DNA of 64,000 nucleotides from NCBI GenBank assembly GCA_052140165.1, contig JBKQUM010000138.1, forward strand, positions 1,702-65,701, read 5' to 3'. This stretch comes from Acidimicrobiales bacterium. Lineage in GTDB: Bacteria; Actinomycetota; Acidimicrobiia; Acidimicrobiales; RAAP-2. Below, in pieces: positions 38,562-47,135 of the stretch. Made by a program: the position numbers and the translations under genes. The notes under the pieces were generated by a model. That model did no database searches. It was not told the origin of the DNA and saw nothing but the letters and a program-made list of their open reading frames with translations. Each line of letters starts with the position of its first letter. Within the stretch, counting starts at the first letter, position 1.

Positions 38562-39368
38562 TTAGCGGCCAGCGAGTCGATATATCCCCAAGGTGCGTAC
38601 AGGGCGAAGGTCAGGAAGTGGATCGTCGTTCCGGCTTCGGACTCGCCGCACCGCCCCCCGACGCCTCCTCCCCCGCTGCCGCGGCTCCCTCCAACTGACG
38701 TCGGAGTGCCCTCGCCTTCGGGTCATCGGCGTCAATCTCCCCGGCGTCAATCGCGGCCAGGAGATTGCGGAGAGCCCGGGCCGCTTCTGCAACCGTCGAG
38801 CGGGTTGGAGGTCGCGCCACGCGTCCATAGTGGCGCGCGCGGCGCTGCCTAGCTCGCACCTTGAGGGCCTGACCGCGATCCGCTTCAGCCGCATGCCGGT
38901 GTCGATGAAGAGGCGTAGGACTGCCTCGTCTCGGACGTTGTCGAAGTCCTTGCCCCTGCACGCCGCCAGGAGTCGTTTGACCTCTTCGACCCCGAGGACC
39001 GGCACCGGGACCTCGGGCACGGTCGGCGGCTTCATCCGCGCCATAGGCGAGACGGGGATCTCGCCATCCTCCTCCAGCCACTTGAAGAGGGCCACAAGGG
39101 CTCGGTAGCGGTTGTTGGCCGTCGCAGCCGACCGAGTATCCACGAGCCGCCCTACGAACGCCTCAACGTGCTCTCGTCGGATGTTGAGGACGAGAGTGGG
39201 CATACCGCTCTCAGCCAAGAAGGCCAGTAGCTGACGCGCTGCCTCCATGTAGGTGGCGATGGTCTTGTCGGTCTTGTTCGCCGCCTTGAGCGAGCGCCGC
39301 CAACTGTCGATCAACGTCGAGAGGTCACCTACGCTCTCAGCGGTGACTGGAGTCGCCAGAATCGCCAC
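38562..39368 (-). pseudogene. truncated tyrosine recombinase / phage-type integrase
   Basis: Residues 1-161 (38886-39368) look like an integrase N-terminal SAM-like domain plus the start of the catalytic domain (..VRDEAVLRLFIDTGMRL). The remainder of the ORF is Arg/Pro-rich nonsense, and the K, HxxR and Y catalytic motifs are missing. Confidence 0.7.
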
Positions 39369-39472
39369 AGTGTGTGCCTTTCAGGTGTGCGAGTTATCCG
39401 CTGAAGGAGCGTTATCCTAAGGGCGCGAAGTGACAGACATGTTCAACTAGCCAGTTCAGAGCATTTTTTTTC

Positions 39473-39546
39473 CGGGATGTAGCGCAGCTTGGCAGCGCGC
39501 CTGCTTTGGGAGCAGGAGGTCCGGGGTTCAAATCCCCGCATCCCGA
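39473..39546 (+). tRNA. tRNA-Pro (anticodon UGG)
   Basis: Hand-folded cloverleaf. Acceptor CGGGATG/CATCCCG, D-arm GCGC/GCGC, anticodon arm CCTGC-TTTGGGA-GCAGG, T-arm CGGGG-TTCAAAT-CCCCG, 74 nt. Confidence 0.9.
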
Positions 39547-39594
39547 CAAAACGGAACGGAACCTGGGCCCGTCGACCTGGACAAGAATGCGGCG

Positions 39595-41247
39595 ATGGCC
39601 GACACCGGGGTGGGACGACGGGCGGGCAGCGGCATCGTCCTGCTGACCCTGGCGTCGGCGCAGTTCCTCATGACGCTCGACAGCTCGGTCATGAACGTCT
39701 CCATCGCGACGGTCGCGAAGGACGTCGGCACGACGGTCACGGGAATTCAGCTTGCGATCACGCTCTACACGCTCGTCATGGCCGCGTTCATGATCACGGG
39801 CGGCAAGATCGGCCAGATCCTCGGACGCAAGCGGGCCTTCATGATCGGGTGCGTCATTTACGGGGTGGGCTCCGCCATCACCTCCATCGCGGGCTCACTG
39901 CCGATCCTGCTGCTCGGATGGTCGATCCTCGAGGGGCTCGGGGCCGTGCTGATCATGCCCTCGGTCGTCGCACTCGTCGCGACGAACTTCGGACGCTCCG
40001 AGCGGCCGCGCGCCTACGGCCTGGTGGCATCGGCGGGAGCGATCGCAGTGGCGGTCGGGCCACTGCTCGGCGGCTTGCTGACGACGTATGCCAGCTGGCG
40101 CTGGGTCTTCGTGGGCGAGGTCGTCATCGTGCTCGGCATCCTCGCCCTGAGCCGGCGCATGGCCGATTCCCCGGCCGTTCCCGGCACGCGGCTCGACCCG
40201 ATGGGAACACTCCTCTCGGCTGCCGGCCTCGGCCTGATCGTCTTCGGCATCATCCGCGCCGGCACGTGGGGATTCGTGCAGCCGAAGCCCGAGGCGCCCC
40301 AGTGGTTGGGCACGTCGCCGGTGATCTGGCTCATGCTCGGGGGCGCGGGCGTCCTGGCGCTGTTCGTGCTGTGGGAGAACAGGCAGTTGCGACGCGACGG
40401 TCCCGTCCTGGTCGACCCCCGGATGCTGCGCGTGCTGCAGCTCCGGGCCGGCCTCACGTCCTTCTTCTTCCAGTTCCTGCTCCAGGCCGGCCTGTTCTTC
40501 GTCCTGCCGCTGTTCCTCTCGGTGGCGCTCGGGCTCTCGGCCGTGGCGACCGGCGTCCGCCTCCTCCCCCTGTCGGTCACCCTCCTGGCTGCCGCGGTCG
40601 GTGTGCCCCGGCTCTTCCCCCACGCGTCGCCCCGGCGCGTCGTGCGCGTCGGGTTCGGCCTGCTCCTTCTCGGCATCGTCGTGCTGCTCGTCGCTCTCGA
40701 CCAGGGTGCGGGTCCCGAGGTGGTCACCTGGCCGCTGCTGCTGGCCGGGCTCGGCATCGGGAGCCTGGCGTCGCAACTCGGTGCCATCACGGTGTCGTCG
40801 GTGCCCGACGAGCAGAGCGGCGACGTGGGCGGGATCCAGAACACGGTGACGAACCTCGGCGCCTCCATCGGCACCGCACTGGCCGGCGCCGTGCTGATCT
40901 CCGTCCTCACCACCACCTTCCTCGGCTCGGTGGCGAGCAACGCCGCCATCCCCAAGGAGCTGTCCTCCCAGGCGCAGGTGCAGCTGTCGGCCGGGGTCCC
41001 CTTCGTGAGCGACGCCGATCTCAGCGCGGCGTTGCATGAGGCCGGGGTGCCGCCCGCGGCGGCACAGGCGGTCGTGGACGAGAACGAGAAGAGCCGCATC
41101 AACGGCCTGCGCGCTGCGCTGGCCGTGCTGGCGCTGCTGGCCCTCGTCGCCCTGGCGACGACGGGCCGGCTGCCCGACGCCCCGCTCCGCGGCGAGGGGG
41201 CGCCGAGTGGCGTCTCTGCGCGCGGGTCCCCGGACGGCGAGGTGTAG
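39595..41247 (+). CDS. MFS transporter, DHA2 (14-TMS, EmrB/QacA-like)
   Basis: 550 aa, with many hydrophobic segments. N-terminal motif LDSSVMNVSIATVAKD, and the GKIGQILGRKRAF loop motif. Confidence 0.88.
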   Translation: MADTGVGRRAGSGIVLLTLASAQFLMTLDSSVMNVSIATVAKDVGTTVTGIQLAITLYTLVMAAFMITGGKIGQILGRKRAFMIGCVIYGVGSAITSIAGSLPILLLGWSILEGLGAVLIMPSVVALVATNFGRSERPRAYGLVASAGAIAVAVGPLLGGLLTTYASWRWVFVGEVVIVLGILALSRRMADSPAVPGTRLDPMGTLLSAAGLGLIVFGIIRAGTWGFVQPKPEAPQWLGTSPVIWLMLGGAGVLALFVLWENRQLRRDGPVLVDPRMLRVLQLRAGLTSFFFQFLLQAGLFFVLPLFLSVALGLSAVATGVRLLPLSVTLLAAAVGVPRLFPHASPRRVVRVGFGLLLLGIVVLLVALDQGAGPEVVTWPLLLAGLGIGSLASQLGAITVSSVPDEQSGDVGGIQNTVTNLGASIGTALAGAVLISVLTTTFLGSVASNAAIPKELSSQAQVQLSAGVPFVSDADLSAALHEAGVPPAAAQAVVDENEKSRINGLRAALAVLALLALVALATTGRLPDAPLRGEGAPSGVSARGSPDGEV

Positions 41248-41262
41248 GAACCGGCGGCGCGC

Positions 41263-41664
41263 TCAGGCCCGCCGGAGGGTGATGCTGCACCAGGCGCGCT
41301 TCCGGCACGAGGGACAGGTCATGCGACGATCGAACTTCCCCCGGGGCAGCCACACGCCCAGGGGGAACTGGAAGATCAGGAGGTCCAGCACGCCCACGTG
41401 CGAGGTCTGGCGGCACCGCTGGCACTCCACCGTGAACACACCGCGCTCGTCGAGCGGGTTCCCCGACGTGGAGGCCAGGCTGTCGGACTCGGGGCGGGCA
41501 CCCGAGTAGAGGGCGCGTTTGCCGACGGGCAGGGCGAGGGTCGTCCTCGAGGAGCCACGGACCGCCGGGCTCCCGGGCTCCGCCGCCGACGGCACCCAGA
41601 ACAGGGCGCGCTTGCCGAGCGGATCCGGAGAGCGCTCGCTCCGCGGCCCGGCCACGTCAGGCAC
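41263..41664 (-). CDS. hypothetical zinc-ribbon protein
   Basis: 133 aa. CQRC and CPSC pairs are about 40 aa apart, and there is an internal duplicated GKRAL(F/Y) motif. The start overlaps the parA-like stop by 8 nt. No family was recognised. Confidence 0.5.
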   Translation of the reverse strand: MPDVAGPRSERSPDPLGKRALFWVPSAAEPGSPAVRGSSRTTLALPVGKRALYSGARPESDSLASTSGNPLDERGVFTVECQRCRQTSHVGVLDLLIFQFPLGVWLPRGKFDRRMTCPSCRKRAWCSITLRRA

Positions 41665-42430
41665 TCTGCATGGCGTCGTACACGCAGGTGGAGATCGTCC
41701 GGTACGCGATCGCTCCCGGCGACAGCGGCGCGTGCTGCAGGACCGACTGCCCGAGCCCCGGCGCCTCGGCGAAGCGCACCGACTTCGGGACGGGTGGCAG
41801 GAACATCGGGAGGCCGTAGCGCTCCTCCACCTCGGACAGGACCTGGCGGGAGTGCGTCGTGCGGCTGTCGAACATGGTGGGGATCACCCCGAGCACGCGC
41901 AGCTTCTCGTTGGCGAACTGGCGCACGTCCTCGATCGTCTCGAGCAACTGGCCGACGCCGCGGTGGCTGAGCGCCTCGCACTGCAGCGGAACGATCACCG
42001 CCTCCGCCGCCGTCAGTCCGTTGATGGTGAGCACCCCCAGCGACGGTGGGCAGTCGATCAGCACGACGTCGTAGCGGTCCAGGACCGGTTCCAACGCCCG
42101 GGCGAGGACGTGCTCGCGGCCGGTGCGGCTCAAGAGGTGCACCTCGGCGCCGGCCAGGTCGATGGTGGCCGGCACGAGGTACAGCCCGGGGACGCCGGGG
42201 ACGGCCTTGACGACCTCGGCCAGGCGGGACCGGCGCACCAGCACGTCGTGCAGAGACGAGTCCAGCTCGTCCGGATCGAAGCCGAGGGAGAAGGTCAGGC
42301 ACGCCTGAGGATCGAGGTCGACCACGAGCACCTGGTGCCCCTGCTGGGCCAGCGCCACACCGAGGGACTGCACCGTCGTCGTCTTGGCCACGCCGCCCTT
42401 CTGATTGGCGACGGCGATGACCTTGACCAT
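41657..42430 (-). CDS. ParA/Soj-family ATPase (orphan, no adjacent parB)
   Basis: Deviant Walker A (ANQKGGVAKTTT), VLVVDLDPQA, and VLIDCPPSLG. Confidence 0.9.
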   Translation of the reverse strand: MVKVIAVANQKGGVAKTTTVQSLGVALAQQGHQVLVVDLDPQACLTFSLGFDPDELDSSLHDVLVRRSRLAEVVKAVPGVPGLYLVPATIDLAGAEVHLLSRTGREHVLARALEPVLDRYDVVLIDCPPSLGVLTINGLTAAEAVIVPLQCEALSHRGVGQLLETIEDVRQFANEKLRVLGVIPTMFDSRTTHSRQVLSEVEERYGLPMFLPPVPKSVRFAEAPGLGQSVLQHAPLSPGAIAYRTISTCVYDAMQSA

Positions 42431-42514
42431 CGCCAGAGTCTAGGACCGATGCCCACGCCGTTCTCCTGGGCCACGGAAGGCGAGGAGATGCACCGACGGG
42501 TGCAGGGTCCTCTC

Positions 42515-43705
42515 CTATGAATGGAAGGCGGACTCCTCCTGGGACACGTCGGCGATCAGGTTGCCGAGCGCCAGGTTGACGTCCGAAAGGTGGTAGCCCC
42601 AGCTGGGGCCGAGCGCCGGCGAGTTCTTCACCGTGGGCCGCGGATCGCCGGGCACCGACGTCGTCGTGACCTGGAGCCACGATGCCCCGTCGCTCTGCTC
42701 GCACTCCGCCGTGTACAGACCCGGGAACGCCACCCACGGCGTCGACACCTTCAGATGGCGCACCTTGGCCGTCACCCGGGGGAACAGCGGGCTCAAACCG
42801 CCCGCCTGGGCCGAGAACGTCACCGGGTTGACGCAGGCCACCTGCCGGCCCGCCTTGGCATGCTGCTCCGACTGCAGGCTGACGCCTTGACCCGGGCGGC
42901 CGAACATGGCATCTGCCGGAGGAGGCGAACCGAAGCTGGAGTAGGCGACGACGCATCCGGTCTGCACGGCGGCCCGGCAGGTGGGGATGTGCTGGAAGCT
43001 GCCGCCGACGTCGCGACCTTCCGGCACCTGCACGTTGCCCCCCAGGATGATGGCGGACACCATCTGCTTGCGCAGGGTCGCCGACGGGTCGACCTGCGCG
43101 CGCAGCAGCTCGATCAGCATGGCGGCGCCCTGCGAGTGCCCGATGAACACGATGGGCTTGCCGTCGTCGTCGTGGGCCAGGAAGTCCTTCCACGCCGACA
43201 GCACGCTGTCGTAGGCGGTGGCGATGACGGCGGGGCGGAACGCCGCGCCGTCCTTCAGCGCGCCCTCGGTCTCCTGGCGGTACATGGGCGCCCAGACGTT
43301 GCAGACCTGAGAGAACTGCGAGGCCTGCGCCACCGCGGCGTCGATCTCGGGCGGCTGAATCGCCAGGTTGGCGTTGTCCCCCGGCTCTTCCGAGGACGTG
43401 GGGTACACGTAGAAGCAGTCGAACTGCCGCGCGGTCGGTGTCGGCGACGGAGTGGAGACGCTCGTCGTGCCCTGTGCCGTGACCGTCGTCGTGGCAGGGT
43501 CGTAGGCGCACGGGTCGCTCGGCTGGCCTGGCTCGCACAGCCAGACCGTGGTGGATGCGGCGCCGGTCGCCCGTACCGCCGCTGCCGCGCCGGGCGCCGA
43601 ACCCATGACCGGCACCAGCACGCCGAGGAGGCCCGCGGCGGCGGCCAGGGCCGGGGACAATGCTCGGCGTCGCTGCCCGGTGCGCGCGTGCGTCAGCGTG
43701 GCCAT
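42515..43705 (-). CDS. secreted alpha/beta-hydrolase-like protein (DUF3089-like)
   Basis: Signal peptide plus the GHSQG nucleophile elbow (IVFIGHSQGAAML). The start is trimmed to ATG 43705. The upstream 538 codons of the ORF-track call are antisense to the MFS gene. Confidence 0.68.
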   Translation of the reverse strand: MATLTHARTGQRRRALSPALAAAAGLLGVLVPVMGSAPGAAAAVRATGAASTTVWLCEPGQPSDPCAYDPATTTVTAQGTTSVSTPSPTPTARQFDCFYVYPTSSEEPGDNANLAIQPPEIDAAVAQASQFSQVCNVWAPMYRQETEGALKDGAAFRPAVIATAYDSVLSAWKDFLAHDDDGKPIVFIGHSQGAAMLIELLRAQVDPSATLRKQMVSAIILGGNVQVPEGRDVGGSFQHIPTCRAAVQTGCVVAYSSFGSPPPADAMFGRPGQGVSLQSEQHAKAGRQVACVNPVTFSAQAGGLSPLFPRVTAKVRHLKVSTPWVAFPGLYTAECEQSDGASWLQVTTTSVPGDPRPTVKNSPALGPSWGYHLSDVNLALGNLIADVSQEESAFHS

Positions 43706-43960
43706 CTTTAGCGTCCTCCCGGGCTCCGAGGGCTCGCGTGCCCGAATTCCGCCGGTCAGGCTAGGGGGTGGGGCTCCAGCCGTGTGGGCACCGCCCGCCG
43801 TCACGGCGTGCAGCCTGCGCCGGACCCCCGGACAGAGACGTGCGGCCGAGCGCATAGGGTCGAGCGGAGCCCGTACGACAGTGCCGTCCTCTCGCGGGTG
43901 ACGACACACGGCCGGCACCAGGAAGCATCGAGCAGGAAGAGCGACGTGGCAGTTGTCCGG

Positions 43961-45424
43961 ATGAACCAGAAGATCGTGGTCGGCACCGTCTTCGTGTCCG
44001 CCATGTTCATGAACATCATGGACATCACGATCGTCAATGTCGCGCTGCCGACGATCGGTCGTGACTTCCACATCCCACCGACGGCCGTCGACGGGGTCGT
44101 CATCGCCTACCTCGTCAGCCTGGCCGTGTTCATTCCCGCGTCGGGATGGCTCGGTGACCGCTTCGGCGGCAAGCGCGTGCTGCTCACGGCCATCGTCGTC
44201 TTCACGGTCGGCTCGGTGCTCTGCGGCCTGGCCCAGAACATGACCGAGCTCGTGGCCTTCCGGGTCCTGCAGGGCGCGGGCGGCGGCATGATGGCCCCGG
44301 TCGGGATGGCCATGCTCTTCCGCGTCTTCCCACCGGCGGAGCGCGTGCGGGCCGCCAGCATCATGACCGTGGGGACGACGCTCGCCCCGGCCATCGGCCC
44401 GGTGCTCGGCGGCTTCCTCGTGACCGACTTCTCCTGGCGATGGGTCTTCTTCGTGAACTTGCCGATCGGCATCGTCGCCGTGCTCTTCGGTGCGCTGTTC
44501 CTGGAACGGACGGGCACGATGGACGCAGGCCGGTTCGACGTCCCGGGGTTCGTCCTGGGCGGCGCCGGGCTGGGGCTGCTCATGTACGGCGTCTCCGAGG
44601 GACCCCTCAAGTCCTGGTCGTCGACCGACGTCATCGTGAGCTGCGTGACCGGCGCAGCCCTGCTGGGCACCTTCGTCGCGGTGGAGTTGCGCACGACCCG
44701 ACCCATGGTGGACCTGCGCCTGCTCGAGGAGCGGCTGTTCCGTTCGACCAACGTGGTCATGTTCCTCGCCGCGGCGGCCTTCCTCGGGATGCTGTACCTC
44801 ATCCCGCTCTACTTCCAGGACGCACGCGGGCTGACCGCTCTGCAGTCGGGTCTCTCCACCTTCCCCGAGGCGTTCGGCGTCATGATCGGCGCGCAGTTCG
44901 CCAGCCGCCTCATCTACCCCCGCATCGGCCCGCGCCGTCACGTCACCGGGGGCCTGCTCGGCCTCGCGCTGTGCATGCTGGCACTGACCCAGATCTCGGT
45001 GACCACGAACCTGTGGTTCATCCGGGCGCTGATGTTCGGGCTCGGGTTCATGATGGCCCAGGTCATGGTCCCCAACCAGGCCGCCTCGTTCGCCATGATC
45101 ACCGCCGAGTCGATGGGCCGCGCGTCGACCTTCTTCAACACGATGCGCCAGGTCGGGAGCGCGACGGGGGTGGCGATCCTCTCGACCGTGTTGATCGGAG
45201 TGGGGTCGACCCAGGCGAGCGGCGGCTCGACCGCGCCCGACATGACCGCGTACCACCTCGCCTTCCTCACGGCGGCGCTGTTCGCACTGGTGGCCGCCGG
45301 CTTCTCCCTGACCATCCACGACAGCGACGCGGCCGAGACGATCGTGCGGCGCCCGCCCCGGCGCACGCTCGCCCGCCCCACACCCCGGACCACGTCTCCC
45401 GTCCCCCAGGGCGCCGACGCGTGA
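43961..45424 (+). CDS. MFS transporter, DHA2 family (second copy)
   Basis: MNQKIVVGTVFVSAMFMNIMDITIVNVALPTI.., GWLGDRFGGKRVL motif, and multiple TM segments. The start is trimmed to ATG 43961. Confidence 0.88.
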   Translation: MNQKIVVGTVFVSAMFMNIMDITIVNVALPTIGRDFHIPPTAVDGVVIAYLVSLAVFIPASGWLGDRFGGKRVLLTAIVVFTVGSVLCGLAQNMTELVAFRVLQGAGGGMMAPVGMAMLFRVFPPAERVRAASIMTVGTTLAPAIGPVLGGFLVTDFSWRWVFFVNLPIGIVAVLFGALFLERTGTMDAGRFDVPGFVLGGAGLGLLMYGVSEGPLKSWSSTDVIVSCVTGAALLGTFVAVELRTTRPMVDLRLLEERLFRSTNVVMFLAAAAFLGMLYLIPLYFQDARGLTALQSGLSTFPEAFGVMIGAQFASRLIYPRIGPRRHVTGGLLGLALCMLALTQISVTTNLWFIRALMFGLGFMMAQVMVPNQAASFAMITAESMGRASTFFNTMRQVGSATGVAILSTVLIGVGSTQASGGSTAPDMTAYHLAFLTAALFALVAAGFSLTIHDSDAAETIVRRPPRRTLARPTPRTTSPVPQGADA

Positions 45425-45993
45425 GCGCTCCGCTCAACGTGTGCGTCTTCTGCGGATCGAGCCCGGGCGCGAGCCCCACCTTCGCCGTGGCGGCCCGACG
45501 TCTCGGTGCCGGGCTGGCCGGACGCGGCATCGGGCTCGTCTACGGGGGCGCCTCGGTGGGCCTCATGGGCGTCGTGGCCGACGCGGCGCTCGCCGCGGGT
45601 GGGCGGGCGACGGGCGTGATCACCGAGTCGCTGGCCGGGCACGAGATCGCGCACTCGTCGTTGGACGACCTGCACGTGGTGTCGACGATGCACGAGCGCA
45701 AGGCGCTCATGGCCGAGCTGTCCGACGCCTTCGTCATGCTGCCGGGTGGGTTCGGCACCTGCGAGGAGTTCATGGAGTCGGTCACCTGGGCGCAGCTGGG
45801 CATCCACGACAAGCGCTGCGGCATCCTCAACGTCGACGGCTTCTTCGACGACCTCCTGACCTTCCTGGGGCACGCGGTGGCGCAGGGTTTCATCAAGTCC
45901 CGCCAGCTCGACGGCCTGGCCATCTCGCACGACGCCGACGAGCTCCTCGACGCCATCGTGGGCTCGCCGCGCGATCAGGTGGCGGCGCGGTAG
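45421..45993 (+). CDS. LOG-family (TIGR00730) nucleotide phosphoribohydrolase
   Basis: VCVFCGSS, GLVYGG, and the PGGFGTCEE signature. GTG start overlaps the MFS stop as GTGA. Confidence 0.88.
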   Translation: MSAPLNVCVFCGSSPGASPTFAVAARRLGAGLAGRGIGLVYGGASVGLMGVVADAALAAGGRATGVITESLAGHEIAHSSLDDLHVVSTMHERKALMAELSDAFVMLPGGFGTCEEFMESVTWAQLGIHDKRCGILNVDGFFDDLLTFLGHAVAQGFIKSRQLDGLAISHDADELLDAIVGSPRDQVAAR

Positions 45994-47120
45994 AGGACGG
46001 CCGAGCCGACCACGTCGGTGGGGATCAGCGCGAAGACGTCACGGCCGACCGAGGCGAGCTGTGAGCCCACGCCGGCGTCGTCACAGGCCTGGGGTGAGGC
46101 CCTGAGGGCGACCGATGGGTGCGACGACCCGGTGGACGGGTCCACCTGGAGCAGTTCTTCGGGATGACCGCATGTCCCGATGTACGCCAGCCCCCACAGG
46201 CTGCCGTCAGGCGTCGACACCAGGGGGAATTCACCGATCAGCTCCGACGCCGACGTGACGGCCACGTTGCCGTTGTGGTCCAGTGCGACGAGGTGGGTGA
46301 GATCGGATGCCGGGGTGCCCGCGCCCCCGTACTGCGAGACCCCCGCCCAGACCAGGCCCCCGACGGCGGACAGCCAGCCGACGGAGCTGCTGGCGGTGCC
46401 CGGGAACGCCGTGGTCGTGACCCCGGTGCCCCCCGGCACCCACTCGATGCCCGGGGGACCACCGGGACCCCCGGCGATCCACAGACCGGCGTCGTTGGCG
46501 GCGACGGCCGGGTCGATCCCGCCGATCGCCACGGCGGGCTCGAGCGTCGCCGTGACGGCCCCGGTCGCCGGGGAGATGCGCACCACCTCGGGCCCCGCCA
46601 GCATCTGTTCGCCGTAGAGCCAGAGTGCGCCGTCGCCATAGGTGAAGTCGGTGTGCGCGATGGCGCTGCCCACGACGCTCAAGACGACGGGGGACAGGAT
46701 CCGGGCCTTTCCGTCGCGCGGATCGAACACGTCGATGTGCAGCGGTTGGGCGTTGGCGCCCCGCGCGTACTCGGCCGTCACGAGATAGACGCGCCCCCCT
46801 CCGGCCGCGATGTCGGTGGCACAGGCCGGGAGGGCGAACATCCTCGTCGACAGCGTCGTAGGGGTGATCTCCTCGAGCTCGCAGCGGGTGTCGTCACGGG
46901 GTGCGTCGGTGCCGAGGACCCAGACGCGCCCGGACGCCGCGACCAGCTGCAGCGGCACGAAGGGACCCGGGAAGTGCAGCGCGCTCAGCTTCGGCGCGAC
47001 CGGTTCGACGCTGCTCGACGTCGGGGCCGGCCCGGCCCCCGCCGCGACACCAGTCGCCGACGTCAGGGCCAGCGTCAGCGCTGCGGTCGCCACGGCGACC
47101 GCCACCGGTGCGGGCCTCAC
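45975..47120 (-). CDS. secreted hypothetical protein, probable beta-propeller
   Basis: Signal peptide (MRPAPVAVAVATAALTLALTSATGVAAG). About 7 spaced repeats ending in hydrophobic-W/Y-hydrophobic-G (RVWVLG, RVYLVT, ALWLYG, GLWIAG, LVWAG, SLWGLA). Confidence 0.55.
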   Translation of the reverse strand: MRPAPVAVAVATAALTLALTSATGVAAGAGPAPTSSSVEPVAPKLSALHFPGPFVPLQLVAASGRVWVLGTDAPRDDTRCELEEITPTTLSTRMFALPACATDIAAGGGRVYLVTAEYARGANAQPLHIDVFDPRDGKARILSPVVLSVVGSAIAHTDFTYGDGALWLYGEQMLAGPEVVRISPATGAVTATLEPAVAIGGIDPAVAANDAGLWIAGGPGGPPGIEWVPGGTGVTTTAFPGTASSSVGWLSAVGGLVWAGVSQYGGAGTPASDLTHLVALDHNGNVAVTSASELIGEFPLVSTPDGSLWGLAYIGTCGHPEELLQVDPSTGSSHPSVALRASPQACDDAGVGSQLASVGRDVFALIPTDVVGSAVLYRAAT

Positions 47121-47135
47121 CGGCCAGGCCGACCT

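Noticed and set aside
38611-39081. 156-aa alternative-frame ORF inside the integrase locus, considered as an independent gene
   Set aside because: Its N-terminal two-thirds is Arg/Gly-rich shadow sequence overlapping the integrase frame. Only the last 60 or so residues look protein-like, and those are treated as a possible remnant in the integrase finding.
41376-43538. 720-aa minus-strand ORF spanning the ParA and DUF3089 region
   Set aside because: Arg/Gly/Pro-rich, and in a different frame from the motif-bearing ParA and GHSQG hydrolase ORFs.
43706-45319. Upstream 538 codons of ORF 42515..45319
   Set aside because: This part is antisense to the DHA2 MFS gene. A signal-peptide-bearing ATG start at 43705 gives a sensible 396-aa secreted hydrolase.
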